IMG/VR virus record: IMGVR_UViG_2061766007_000215
Direction: 5' to 3' (one strand)
DNA length: 62,072 bases
DNA from: an uncultured virus (IMG/VR IMGVR_UViG_2061766007_000215)
Lineage: Duplodnaviria; Heunggongvirae; Uroviricota; Caudoviricetes
Shown here: positions 9,823 to 20,223 of the stretch, in pieces
Layout of the letters: the number at the start of each line of letters is the position of its first letter
Numbering within the stretch: the stretch's first letter is position 1
Program-made: the position numbers and the translations under genes
Notes under the pieces: generated by a model
The model's database searches: none
Told to the model about the DNA's origin: nothing
What the model saw: only the letters and a program-made list of their open reading frames with translations

Positions 9823-10390
9823 TGTAAAAGAATTTGAAGTTGATGCAGAAAAGGCTACAAAAGTAGCAATGGATAGAACTTTAGAAAGTTTTAAAGAAGA
9901 ACTTAAACGATTTATTGAATCCGAAGTTTATAACGCTTATCAACCTAAATGGTACAAAAGAACAAATTCTTTATTACAAGATTCTACTTTAGAAACATAT
10001 ATTTATAAAAATGTGGCTAAAGGTATTGGTGGTGGAATTAGATTTAATCCCGAATATTATAATAGTCATAGTGAAAGAGATAGAGAATTTCATCATGGTA
10101 ATGAAATAAGATTATTAGAATTTGGTAGTTATTTAGAAATTATGAATGATAGTTCTAAATTAAATCCTAATAATCCTTATAATTTTCCTGTAGTAGAGCG
10201 TGGACATTTTTATGATGATTTTGTAAGATATATTGACGCTAATTTTAATGATGTTTTTCAAAGTTATTTTAATGCCGCTATGGGTGTTAAACCAAATCTT
10301 ATGGGATATTCTAGTAAAAAGAAACAACCTACTATGAATTTAAGTAGTAGTACAAGTCATTTAGCAAGTATAGGAACACATAATGTTTAA
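9791..10390 (+). CDS. hypothetical protein (possible neck/tail-completion protein)
   Basis: ATG 9791 with own RBS; VYNAYQPKWYKRT motif; position in tail module. Confidence 0.5.
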   Translation: MAQKPKRIYHSVKEFEVDAEKATKVAMDRTLESFKEELKRFIESEVYNAYQPKWYKRTNSLLQDSTLETYIYKNVAKGIGGGIRFNPEYYNSHSERDREFHHGNEIRLLEFGSYLEIMNDSSKLNPNNPYNFPVVERGHFYDDFVRYIDANFNDVFQSYFNAAMGVKPNLMGYSSKKKQPTMNLSSSTSHLASIGTHNV

Positions 10391-10393
10391 TAT

Positions 10394-10426
10394 AAAAAAG
10401 GGGATATTTTAATTATCCCCTTTTTT
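10394..10426 (+). terminator. intrinsic terminator (potentially bidirectional)
   Basis: AAAAAAGGGGATA / TATCCCCTTTTTT. Confidence 0.7.
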
Positions 10427-10455
10427 AGTACATATAATAATTATAGGAGGAAATT

Positions 10456-11001
10456 ATGATTTTATCTTTAGATGCGTCTACCACTTGTATTGGTTGGGCG
10501 GTATTTGAGGAAGATAACCTCATAGAATACGGGAGAATCGAACCTACAGAAAAAGGTTTAGATTGGCGTGATAGAGTCCATAATTTGCTCCCACAATTAG
10601 AGGAATTAATATTAAAATATAGTCCTACAGACATATACCAAGAAGATGTACCTATGGGTGGAGCAGGTGGTGCTATGATTATAGCACAATTAAATTATTT
10701 ACAAGGCGTATTATCTGTTATAGAAAGATTATATTCTAATATTCAATATATTAATGTTGGAACTTGGCGTAAAAATATTGGCATCAATAGTGGTCAAGAC
10801 CAACGTAGAAATGCTAAGAAAATTAAATCTATTGAAAAAGCAAATGAATTATTTAACCTTGATTTACCTTTAGAATTTACAAGTACGGGTAATTACAAGG
10901 AAAATGGTAGTGATGATATAGCAGATTCAATTTTGTTATATTGTTCAACCCGTGATAAATATAAGGTTAAAGGTAAATCGTTTGGAAAGGAGGTTAAATA
11001 A
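10456..11001 (+). CDS. RuvC-like Holliday junction resolvase
   Basis: ILSLDASTTCIGWAVF, YQED, W(RK), DDIADS catalytic pattern. Confidence 0.75.
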   Translation: MILSLDASTTCIGWAVFEEDNLIEYGRIEPTEKGLDWRDRVHNLLPQLEELILKYSPTDIYQEDVPMGGAGGAMIIAQLNYLQGVLSVIERLYSNIQYINVGTWRKNIGINSGQDQRRNAKKIKSIEKANELFNLDLPLEFTSTGNYKENGSDDIADSILLYCSTRDKYKVKGKSFGKEVK

Positions 11002-11003
11002 TT

Positions 11004-14000
11004 ATGGCTATTGGAAATACTGATTTAGGTATTACTCTTGGTGCTAGAGTTGATACTAGTCAAGCACAAAAAGATATAAATGCTTTTATAAGAAATGATA
11101 GTGAAAATAAAACAAGAAAACTAGTTCTTAATGCAGATATTAATTTAAACAAAATTAATGAAAAATTAGAAAAAGCAATTAATACTAAAGGTTGGACTAA
11201 ACAAATAGAGGATGGTATGCAAAAAATATCTACCTCTATTAGAAGTGGATTATCAAGAACTTTAGAAGATGGCACTGTAGTTAGAGATTTAACAAAAGTC
11301 ACAGAAACATTTAAAAACGAATTTGGTAAAATACAAGAACGTGTAACTGTTTTTAAAGATAGCGCAATGAAACCTATTGCAAGTTCTTTACAAACAGTTA
11401 AAGAAGGTGTTAAAGATGTTTCTACTACAACTTCTACCGTAGTTAAAGAAATAGACAATGTTACTACTAAAGTAACTACACTTGAAAAAGTAATATTAGA
11501 TACTAATAATGAAGAACATAAAATTATAACTACAACTAAAGAGTGGGTAGATGAACAAAATAAATTACACCAAGAAATAAAAGTCACTGATGAAAATGAA
11601 AAACAATTATCAGCAACACAAAAAGTTGTAATTAATGATACAAAAAAAGCCGCCAAAGCCATAAAAGAAATGAGTGAGGCTTTAACAGGAATAAATGCAC
11701 CTACTGACCACAGAACAAGTAAAATTACTTATGTTGATAAAAATGGTGTTAAAACTGTTAAAGAAATGGTAGATGGTATTGATACTCTAATTACTAAAAC
11801 AAGAGAATATACCACAACTCAAGGGGCTTTAGTTAAAGAAACAAAAGTTCTTAATACTATTACAGGTGAAACTAAAGTTCATACAGAGGTAATTAAAAAT
11901 AAAGAACAAGAAATTCAAAAGAGTAAAGAATTAACGGAACAATTAAGAAAAGAAAGATTAGAAAGAGTTGAAACACAAAAACAAATTGATAATGCTTTAG
12001 TATCTACCACATCTACTAAAACTACAGGAAAAATAACACAATTTGGTGACAATAGTGGTAGACAATATGATGCTACTATTACAGAAATAAGAAAAGTAGA
12101 TGAAGCAAATAAAACAGTAATTCAAACGACATATGAATTTATAAATGCACAAAATCAACTTGTAAGACAAACTAGGATTACAGATGAAAATAATAGAAAA
12201 TTAGCGGCTGATACTATAGAAATTAGTAAATCTAATGAAGAGGCTACTAATTCTTCTAAAAAATATAGTAATGCACTTAATAATATTAATACATCTACAA
12301 AACAAACAATTCAACAAACTAAAACATTTAGTCAATCATTAAGTGATGCTATATCAAGACTTGCTAAATATTATGTTGCAAGTTTACCAATACAAGCCTT
12401 TAGAAAAGCAATAACTGAAACGATACAAACCGTTAAAGACTTTGATGATGCTTTAGTCGAATTTCGTAAAGTTTCAGATTTAGCAGGTAATAGTTTAACA
12501 GAATATATTGCTAAACTTGCTAAAATGGGTGAAATTACGGGTTCTACTATGCAAGCAATGGTAGAAGCGGCTACAGAATTTAAAAAATCAAGTTTTGATG
12601 AATCTGATAGTGCAAAATTGGCAAGCATTGCTGAAATGTATCGTAATATTGCCGATGAAGAAATAACTGCGGCTGAATCTGCAAGTTTTATTATTTCTCA
12701 AATGAAAGCATTTAATATTAATGCTAATGAGGCAGAACATATTATAGATGCAGTAAATGAAACTTCAAATAAATTTGCGGTTTCCTCTGCTGATATTGCA
12801 ACTAATTTAAGTAAAATGTCAGCAGTAATGGCGGTAAACAACGTATCTTTTGAACAACAAATAGGTATGCTTGTAGGTGTTACAGAAATAACACGTAATG
12901 CCTCATCTGCTACCCGTGGTCTTACTATGATTGCTAGTAGGTTAACACAGGTTCTTGATGATTCTTCAAGTACAGGTAAAAAACTTACTGATATCTATGA
13001 AAAACTTGATATATCTCTTAAAGATGAAAACGGACAATTAAGAAGTACTTATGATATACTTAAAGATTTATCTGAAAAATGGAATACTTTAAGTGAAAAT
13101 GAACAAAAATATATTTCATTAACAAGTGCAGGTGCAAGACAACAAAATGTTTTCACAAGTTTAATGAAAAATTTTAATTCAGTTATGAAAGCAACCAAAA
13201 CTGCATATGATTCTACAGGTTCAGCCGCTAGAGAAAATGCAAAGGTAATGGACACTATTTCTAAAAAAATGGAAGTATTACGTTCAGAATTTCAACAAAT
13301 TGTTATTGGAAAAGGCGGTTTAACTGAATTATCAAAAGGATTTTTAGATGTTGCAATAGCGGCATTAAAATTTATTGATGCTATAGGCGGTTTAACACCC
13401 TTATTAGTTACATTAGCAGGAATAATAATAACAATTAAAGCCGATGCTATTGTTAATGGATTTATAAAATTTAATAATATAATTATTAATTTAATTCCAA
13501 ATTTACAATCAATGATAGCGGCTTTTATACAAACTACAATAGAAACGGGTAGTTTATCAGCAGGTATAAAAGCATTAGGTATTTCTGCTTCAACTGCACA
13601 AATAGCATTAGGTGCATTAACTGCGGTTGTTTCACTTACAGTAATAGCATTTAAAAAATATCAACAACAACAAGAAGAAAATCATAGAATAGCAAAAGAA
13701 GTATTAAAAGATTATGAGAGTTATTCTGATAGTTTAACTGAAACTCTTAAAAAAATAGAAAATGAGAACGTTAGTAAATCAGAATTAATTGAAATTAATA
13801 AAAAGTTAAATGATTCTTATGATGATGAAAAAGCCCAACTTGAAGATATAAAAAGTTTAAGAGAAGAAAACATTAAATTATTATATAAAGAAGCCCAAGA
13901 AAAAGCAAAAGCAACCACAAGAGAAACTTTATCAGAAACAGAAAAAGCAAAAAGTTATTTAAATTCTAAGGTTAAGAACACAGATTTAGGTGGTTATAAC

Positions 14001-16616
14001 ATAGAAAGAAATACTCTATTAGATACTATGGAGTATACCAAAACAATGACTTCTACTATCGGTAAAAGTCGTGCAGAACAATTAGATATTGTTGGAAAAG
14101 CAATAGATAAATATAATGAAAAAATTTCTAATAATATAGAATTAAGTAAATCAGAATCTTTAACCTTACAACAATTAACTATAACATATAATACACTCAA
14201 AGAAAAATATGATGATGCTACAAATACGGTTAATACTTATAATCAAGCAGAAGAAGTATTAAATCAAACAGAAGAAGAATTTATTAATACTTTAAGAGCA
14301 AAAGCAAATGAACAAGGAATAACCACAGAACTTACTATTGAGGAACAAAATGAATTAATAAATCAATATCATTTAACCGAGGAAGCCATTCAAGAAGTAA
14401 TGGATGCTCAAGAGGGAATGACTCGTTCTGAGGCTATTCAATATTTAGTAGACCAAGCAGATGCGGCAGGTGATTTAGCAAATGCTTCTGAGGATTTAGC
14501 AAAAACACTTGATAATCTTGCTCAATCTTTAGGTATAACTGCTACTGAATTAAAAGATTTAAGAAATAGGTTTGATGATTTAACTCTTAGTAAATTTCTT
14601 TCTCAATTAGCAGAACTTAAACAAACTATTAGTGATACAAGTGCAGTAATAGATAATTTACAAGAGGCTCTTTCTACTGCTCAAACTGCATTAGACGAAT
14701 ATAATAATTCGGGATATTTAACTTTAGATACATTCCAAAGTTTAATGGGTGTATCTGCTCAATATTTAGCGGCATTAGTTAATGATAATGGTCAATTAGA
14801 AATCAATCAAACTACTCTTGGTAATCTCGTTGAACAAATTAAAATTGCTAAAATTGAAGAATTGGCTCATGCGGCGGCATTAGAAATAGCGGCATTAAAT
14901 AATCAAGAAGCGGCTAATACCGCTAATGCGGCAAGTGTTTCTGTTAGTGCGGCAGGTAATTCTTTTGCAGAAGCAGGAAGTAAGGCGGCAAAAGCGGCAG
15001 AAGGTGTTGCTATATTTAACGCTGAGTTATCTAAAGCCACAGGTGGAACTTTAGGTGATTTTTCGGGTTCTGAAAAAGCAATTATTGATAAATATAGAAA
15101 TCTTGCAAGAGAAATTTCTACTCTTACTGTTAATACTACAAAAGCAGGTAATGCGGCTAAATCAGCAGGTAGAGCAGGTGCAGGTGCGGCTAAACAAGCA
15201 AAAGATGCGACAAAAGACCTCAATAGCGAATTAGAAAAAACAAAATCTAATTATGAAAAAGTTATAAGTTGGATTGGTAAACAGTACGACAAAGAAATTG
15301 ATGGTATAAGAAAAGCAAAAGATGAAGCCGTTAAAGCCGCAGAAGAAGAGATAAGGGCTAAAGAAAAAGAAAAAGACGAAGCATTAGGCTATATTGAGGA
15401 AGAAATAAAAGCACTTGAAAAACAAAAAGATGCCCGTGAAAAATATTGGGATAAACAAATTGACGCACTTAAAAAGGCAAATAAAGAAAAGAAAGATGCA
15501 TTAGAGTTACAAGAAAAACTTGATGCACTTGAAAAGGCTAAAAACACTAAAGTTAAAATATATAAAGAGGGTCAAGGCTTTGTATATGACGTTGATAGAA
15601 CCGAAGTGGCAAAAGCCCAAAAAGAACTTGACGAATACTTATCTGAAAAGGCATATGAAGAAAAATTAGCACGTTTAGAGGCTCTTAAAGATGCCGAAAT
15701 GGAAAACTTTGATAAGCGTATTGACGCTTATAATAATTTTAAGGATAAGGTTGAAAAAGCATACGAAGAAGAAATTTCAGCGTTAGAAGAACATAAGAAT
15801 AACTTAGAAGAACAATATGATGCTGAAATAGAAATGTATGAAAATTATAAGCAACAATTTGAAGATATGGTCAATGCTTATGAAGAACAACAAATGAAAT
15901 TGTTGTTTACTCAATTAACAGGCATTGACGCAGAAAATAAGAATTGGATGACAAGGCTTGATAATCTTCAACATTTTGTAGATGAATATAACCGACTACA
16001 AGCACAACTCGACACAGGAAATTATGCAGGTGGCGGTGGTGGTGCTGACACAGGCGGTGGCGGTGGTGGTGCTGACACAGGCGGTACTACTACAACAAGA
16101 ACTGTTACTAATCAAGACACACCCGATAATCAGTATTCACCTGTTCAAAATAGTAAAAGTACCCTTAGTAATTCAACAGGTAAAACAGGTTATGTTCCTA
16201 CATCAGTAACAAATGCTTTAGGCACAAATTCAAGCGGTAGAGTTAAATCTCACGCAAGCGGTGTAGGTTCTGTTAAATCAGATGAAATAGCAATAGTAGG
16301 TGAAAATCCTAACAAAGAAATAGTTATAGGTTCTAAAATTAATAATGGGGAACTTATGTCACTTGAAAAAGGAACAGGAGTAGTAAATGCTGACAGTTCT
16401 AAAACTTTAGCAAGTATGCTTAATGAAGTAGGTCAATTTGGTTCAAGTGGATTTGGGAGTGGAAATGGAACTCTCAATAATAATATTAACAATGATAGTC
16501 TTGTTGTTAATGGTGTAACAATTCAAGGTTCTAATATTAAAGACCCCGAAACATTTGTTAATGGGTTACTTAATCTTAAAGCAGAAGCGTTACAACGTGC
16601 ATATAGACACCGTTAA
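11004..16616 (+). CDS. tail tape measure protein
   Basis: 1870 aa; TP901-type core (FDDALVEFRKVSD...IIDAVNETSNKFAVSS...LKDENGQLRSTYDILKDL), coiled coils, C-terminal HASG...GE. Confidence 0.92.
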   Translation: MAIGNTDLGITLGARVDTSQAQKDINAFIRNDSENKTRKLVLNADINLNKINEKLEKAINTKGWTKQIEDGMQKISTSIRSGLSRTLEDGTVVRDLTKVTETFKNEFGKIQERVTVFKDSAMKPIASSLQTVKEGVKDVSTTTSTVVKEIDNVTTKVTTLEKVILDTNNEEHKIITTTKEWVDEQNKLHQEIKVTDENEKQLSATQKVVINDTKKAAKAIKEMSEALTGINAPTDHRTSKITYVDKNGVKTVKEMVDGIDTLITKTREYTTTQGALVKETKVLNTITGETKVHTEVIKNKEQEIQKSKELTEQLRKERLERVETQKQIDNALVSTTSTKTTGKITQFGDNSGRQYDATITEIRKVDEANKTVIQTTYEFINAQNQLVRQTRITDENNRKLAADTIEISKSNEEATNSSKKYSNALNNINTSTKQTIQQTKTFSQSLSDAISRLAKYYVASLPIQAFRKAITETIQTVKDFDDALVEFRKVSDLAGNSLTEYIAKLAKMGEITGSTMQAMVEAATEFKKSSFDESDSAKLASIAEMYRNIADEEITAAESASFIISQMKAFNINANEAEHIIDAVNETSNKFAVSSADIATNLSKMSAVMAVNNVSFEQQIGMLVGVTEITRNASSATRGLTMIASRLTQVLDDSSSTGKKLTDIYEKLDISLKDENGQLRSTYDILKDLSEKWNTLSENEQKYISLTSAGARQQNVFTSLMKNFNSVMKATKTAYDSTGSAARENAKVMDTISKKMEVLRSEFQQIVIGKGGLTELSKGFLDVAIAALKFIDAIGGLTPLLVTLAGIIITIKADAIVNGFIKFNNIIINLIPNLQSMIAAFIQTTIETGSLSAGIKALGISASTAQIALGALTAVVSLTVIAFKKYQQQQEENHRIAKEVLKDYESYSDSLTETLKKIENENVSKSELIEINKKLNDSYDDEKAQLEDIKSLREENIKLLYKEAQEKAKATTRETLSETEKAKSYLNSKVKNTDLGGYNIERNTLLDTMEYTKTMTSTIGKSRAEQLDIVGKAIDKYNEKISNNIELSKSESLTLQQLTITYNTLKEKYDDATNTVNTYNQAEEVLNQTEEEFINTLRAKANEQGITTELTIEEQNELINQYHLTEEAIQEVMDAQEGMTRSEAIQYLVDQADAAGDLANASEDLAKTLDNLAQSLGITATELKDLRNRFDDLTLSKFLSQLAELKQTISDTSAVIDNLQEALSTAQTALDEYNNSGYLTLDTFQSLMGVSAQYLAALVNDNGQLEINQTTLGNLVEQIKIAKIEELAHAAALEIAALNNQEAANTANAASVSVSAAGNSFAEAGSKAAKAAEGVAIFNAELSKATGGTLGDFSGSEKAIIDKYRNLAREISTLTVNTTKAGNAAKSAGRAGAGAAKQAKDATKDLNSELEKTKSNYEKVISWIGKQYDKEIDGIRKAKDEAVKAAEEEIRAKEKEKDEALGYIEEEIKALEKQKDAREKYWDKQIDALKKANKEKKDALELQEKLDALEKAKNTKVKIYKEGQGFVYDVDRTEVAKAQKELDEYLSEKAYEEKLARLEALKDAEMENFDKRIDAYNNFKDKVEKAYEEEISALEEHKNNLEEQYDAEIEMYENYKQQFEDMVNAYEEQQMKLLFTQLTGIDAENKNWMTRLDNLQHFVDEYNRLQAQLDTGNYAGGGGGADTGGGGGGADTGGTTTTRTVTNQDTPDNQYSPVQNSKSTLSNSTGKTGYVPTSVTNALGTNSSGRVKSHASGVGSVKSDEIAIVGENPNKEIVIGSKINNGELMSLEKGTGVVNADSSKTLASMLNEVGQFGSSGFGSGNGTLNNNINNDSLVVNGVTIQGSNIKDPETFVNGLLNLKAEALQRAYRHR
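16032..16085 (+). repeat. 27-bp in-frame tandem duplication (Gly-rich linker)
   Basis: GGCGGTGGTGGTGCTGACACAGGCGGT x2. Confidence 0.9.
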
Positions 16617-16624
16617 TATAAAAA

Positions 16625-16652
16625 TAAGGGGAATTGAAATATATTCCCCTTA
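16625..16652 (+). terminator. hairpin, probable terminator
   Basis: TAAGGGGAAT / ATTCCCCTTA. Confidence 0.6.
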
Positions 16653-16744
16653 GTACATATTAAATATATTTTAACTATATAATATGTCTAATAAAGTTAA
16701 AATATATATATTTAGACATATTAAGATAGGAGGAATATAAAAAA

Positions 16745-17755
16745 ATGACACAAAATGAAGTTGATATTATAAAAAATGCAGTATTAGATGCAACAGAAGC
16801 ATATGTTGATGCAAGAATGGGAATGGCAAGTTTTGTTAAAACTCAAATTGGTGTTGTTCAAAATGCTACTAAAAATATAAAAGGAAAATGGGAACATACT
16901 GTAAAATGTAATGCAACTAATTCAACAAGGGGAATTATATATCATAATGTGTTATCTGTAAATAACATCCATTTTGAAAAAAATAGTACAGTATTTGTGC
17001 TTGCACCTAATGCTCAGTTTTCTAATCAATTTATATTAGGTAAATTAGATAATGTTCTTTATGAAATAGTTGGTGGAAGTATTAATATAAATGATAAATT
17101 TATAGTTAATAATTTAGGAAGTGTAAAATGTAAATCTACACTTGATTGTAGCGATTTAGTAGTACGTGAAATGATACAATTAATACCCGAAGGACAACAA
17201 GGTGCGGTTGTTGAAATGACACCTAGTAAAATAGGTAATGATTATGTAGGAATAAATATTAGTAGTACTAATTTATATGCACTTAGTAGTAGTGGTTCTA
17301 CTTATATACGACCAACAAGCATTGAGTGCAACGGGGGAACTATATATGTTCGTCAAGGTGCAAGTGGTAGTGGACATTATATTTATTGTAATTATACTAA
17401 TATTATTAGTGATGAAAAAGGTTCAGTTTCTTGGACGGGTTCAGATATAAGATATAAAAAAAATATAGAAAATTTAACACTTAACTTTTCAAAAGAATTA
17501 ATATTCAAATTACAACCAAAAGAATATGAACTTAAATGTGAAGAAGGTAAACGCTATGGGTTTATTGCACAAGATGTAAGAAAATCTCTTGATGAAATGG
17601 GTTGTAAAGATTCAAGGCTTGAATATGAATCAGAAATGTCAAAAGAAAAAATGCACCAATTAAATTATTCAGATATAATTGCGCCATTAACTATGTGTGT
17701 GCAAGATTTGTATAAACAAATAGATGCCTTAAAAACACAAATAGAGGAAAAATAA
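16745..17755 (+). CDS. tail-tip protein with C-terminal intramolecular chaperone (Peptidase_S74-like)
   Basis: SDIRYKKNI...YGFIAQDV...LNYSDIIAPL plus coiled coil. Confidence 0.8.
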   Translation: MTQNEVDIIKNAVLDATEAYVDARMGMASFVKTQIGVVQNATKNIKGKWEHTVKCNATNSTRGIIYHNVLSVNNIHFEKNSTVFVLAPNAQFSNQFILGKLDNVLYEIVGGSININDKFIVNNLGSVKCKSTLDCSDLVVREMIQLIPEGQQGAVVEMTPSKIGNDYVGINISSTNLYALSSSGSTYIRPTSIECNGGTIYVRQGASGSGHYIYCNYTNIISDEKGSVSWTGSDIRYKKNIENLTLNFSKELIFKLQPKEYELKCEEGKRYGFIAQDVRKSLDEMGCKDSRLEYESEMSKEKMHQLNYSDIIAPLTMCVQDLYKQIDALKTQIEEK

Positions 17756-17976
17756 TGGAAGTAAGTATTAATACAAATATAAACTTATTTAGAAAAAACA
17801 TTGCAGAAGCGATTAATATATCGCAATTACCTGTTGGTGTTTTATATTATTTACTTAAAGATATACTTTCCGATGTTGAAAATATTTATGAAGAAACCTT
17901 AAAAAAGGAATCAGAAGAAATACAAAAACAACTTGAGAAAGAAGAAAAGGAAGATATTAAAGAACATCAAGAATAA
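17755..17976 (+). CDS. small hypothetical protein
   Basis: 73 aa, translationally coupled to the upstream gene. Confidence 0.6.
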   Translation: MEVSINTNINLFRKNIAEAINISQLPVGVLYYLLKDILSDVENIYEETLKKESEEIQKQLEKEEKEDIKEHQE

Positions 17977-18004
17977 TATATATTTAAGAGAAAGGAGGTA
18001 AAAC

Positions 18005-20209
18005 ATGGCTCTTGTTAAACCAATGGTTAATGAAATTGTGGCTTTTGACGCAGAGCATGAGGCTACTATATCATTTATTGCTAATGGTGGTGACCAAGTA
18101 GTTAAAAATGAAATTAAAGTTGTATATAATGAATATGTACAGGGATATTATAACCCTATTGACTACTTGTTTTATAAAGAAAGTACATTTGAAACGCCTG
18201 TAAATGGCGAAGTAGGAGTTATCTATATAGATATGAATACAAATAAAAATTATCTATATGATACTGACAATAGTATATTTGTACTTACAACTTTAACAGA
18301 AGTTATTGCTTATCAAGATGAAGTGATAAGTTATAATCTTAATCATGTTATACCTGCCGATACTTTAACTAATGGTAGATATTATAAAGTTGCTATTAGA
18401 ACTTATGACGCAGTAGGAAATATAAGTGATTGGTCTAATTATCAACCATTTTATTGTTATACTACTCCAACTTTATTGTTAAATGTTATAAGTGGTCAAA
18501 CATTATCTGAATCATCATATACATTTAGATTGGAATATAATCAAATTGAAGGTGAAAAAGTAGATTATGCTTTGATTCAATTATATAATGCTAATAGTAT
18601 ATTAATAGGCACAAGTGGTAATTTGTATAATACAGATTATCCACCTATGGAATTTTCATATCCTGTATATGGGCTTACAAATCATTCGCAATATTATGTA
18701 AAAGCAACTGTTATAACAATTAACGGAACTATCGTACAAACAAGTATGATTAGATTTTATGTTAATTATGATGTAATTTATGATGCGGCTACATTAACTG
18801 CCACAGTAGATTCTTGTAATGGATATGTAAATCTTCATAGTAGTTTAATAGCAAATGTATTAGGAGAATCTAACCCCGACCCTTTAACATATATTGATAA
18901 TGAAATGGCAGATTTAAGAAGTGCTGTTGGTGATATAACAAATATACATTCATATTGGGCTAAATGGGGAAATGATACATTTATAATTCCTAAAAATTTT
19001 ATATTAAGATTATGGTTTTATCCTGCAAGACAACCATTTGATATAATTAGATTATCAAATGATAGTAATACCACATATTTATCTATATCATTAAAAAGAA
19101 GCACTACGCAAGATTATTTATCTATAAGAACAGACAATGGAACAACTATAGATACACCTTTAAATATGTTTTGTAATGGTAATACTAAAATATTTTTATG
19201 GGTTAAAGTTGTTGATAATAATTGGACGGTGCAACATAATATATTAGAAAGTGCAATAACGGTATTAAATTGGAATGATAGTAATGATAATATACCATTA
19301 AATACTACAAGCGATGTACATTATGTAAATGAAACTTATGAAACATTTACTCCAAGTGCAAATAATTATCAACCTATGAGTGATATACTTACAAACATTG
19401 TTGTGGGTAATGGTGTTATAGACCATATGAATATTATGGGTGATACTACTATTCCTTATTCAGAAGTCAAACCCGATTGGGGAGTAGGTACATTATTAAA
19501 TGTAACTTTTAATGGTAATATAGTTGCTACGCCTCATTATACTAAAATTGTATTAAAGAGAAAAGATGAATCAGTTCTTAATTGGATAAATATGTCTGAA
19601 ATAATAGTAAGAGATAATGTTCCAAATTATATTGATTTTAATGATAGTTTTATTCCCACAGGAATACAACAAGAATACGCTTTAGTAGTATATATTAATG
19701 ATATACCGAGTGAATACTATACTGTTGATGTTACACCACAATGGGGAAAATATTTCTTATCTGATAAAAATAATAGATTTATCTTAAATTATGCAGTAAT
19801 ATATAGTAACCATGTACAAAACATACAAAATGGTATGTTTATGCCTATTGGTGCGACTTATCCTATTATAGTACAAAATGGAGAAGGTAATTATAGAAGC
19901 GGCAGTTTACAATTTAAGGTATTAGGTTATCAGTTTGAAATAGATAAAAGACTTGATAGAGTAAGTATTACTAATCAGTTAGATGATATATTAAAATTCT
20001 TAACAAATGGAAAGGCTAAATGTCTAACTGATTTTAATGGTAATATATTTATTATTAAAGTTATAAATAGTCCTCAAATATCTTTTGATGCAAATTGGGG
20101 AAATGGTATTGCTACTGTATCTTTTGATTGGGTAGAACAAGGTAAATATAATGATTATGATAGTATGTTAGAATTAGGCTTATTTGATTACATAGCGTCA
20201 GACGAATAG
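18005..20209 (+). CDS. minor tail/baseplate protein with FN3-like domains
   Basis: LTNGRYYKVAIRTYD...SDWS FN3-like motif; C-terminal GNYRSGSL...FLTNGKAKCL. Confidence 0.65.
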   Translation: MALVKPMVNEIVAFDAEHEATISFIANGGDQVVKNEIKVVYNEYVQGYYNPIDYLFYKESTFETPVNGEVGVIYIDMNTNKNYLYDTDNSIFVLTTLTEVIAYQDEVISYNLNHVIPADTLTNGRYYKVAIRTYDAVGNISDWSNYQPFYCYTTPTLLLNVISGQTLSESSYTFRLEYNQIEGEKVDYALIQLYNANSILIGTSGNLYNTDYPPMEFSYPVYGLTNHSQYYVKATVITINGTIVQTSMIRFYVNYDVIYDAATLTATVDSCNGYVNLHSSLIANVLGESNPDPLTYIDNEMADLRSAVGDITNIHSYWAKWGNDTFIIPKNFILRLWFYPARQPFDIIRLSNDSNTTYLSISLKRSTTQDYLSIRTDNGTTIDTPLNMFCNGNTKIFLWVKVVDNNWTVQHNILESAITVLNWNDSNDNIPLNTTSDVHYVNETYETFTPSANNYQPMSDILTNIVVGNGVIDHMNIMGDTTIPYSEVKPDWGVGTLLNVTFNGNIVATPHYTKIVLKRKDESVLNWINMSEIIVRDNVPNYIDFNDSFIPTGIQQEYALVVYINDIPSEYYTVDVTPQWGKYFLSDKNNRFILNYAVIYSNHVQNIQNGMFMPIGATYPIIVQNGEGNYRSGSLQFKVLGYQFEIDKRLDRVSITNQLDDILKFLTNGKAKCLTDFNGNIFIIKVINSPQISFDANWGNGIATVSFDWVEQGKYNDYDSMLELGLFDYIASDE

Positions 20210-20223
20210 GAGTGTGATATTAT

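Noticed and set aside
11060..15223. Minus-strand ORFs within the tape measure gene, and + strand ORFs within the - strand module
   Set aside because: Antisense shadow ORFs with no RBS or recognisable motif.
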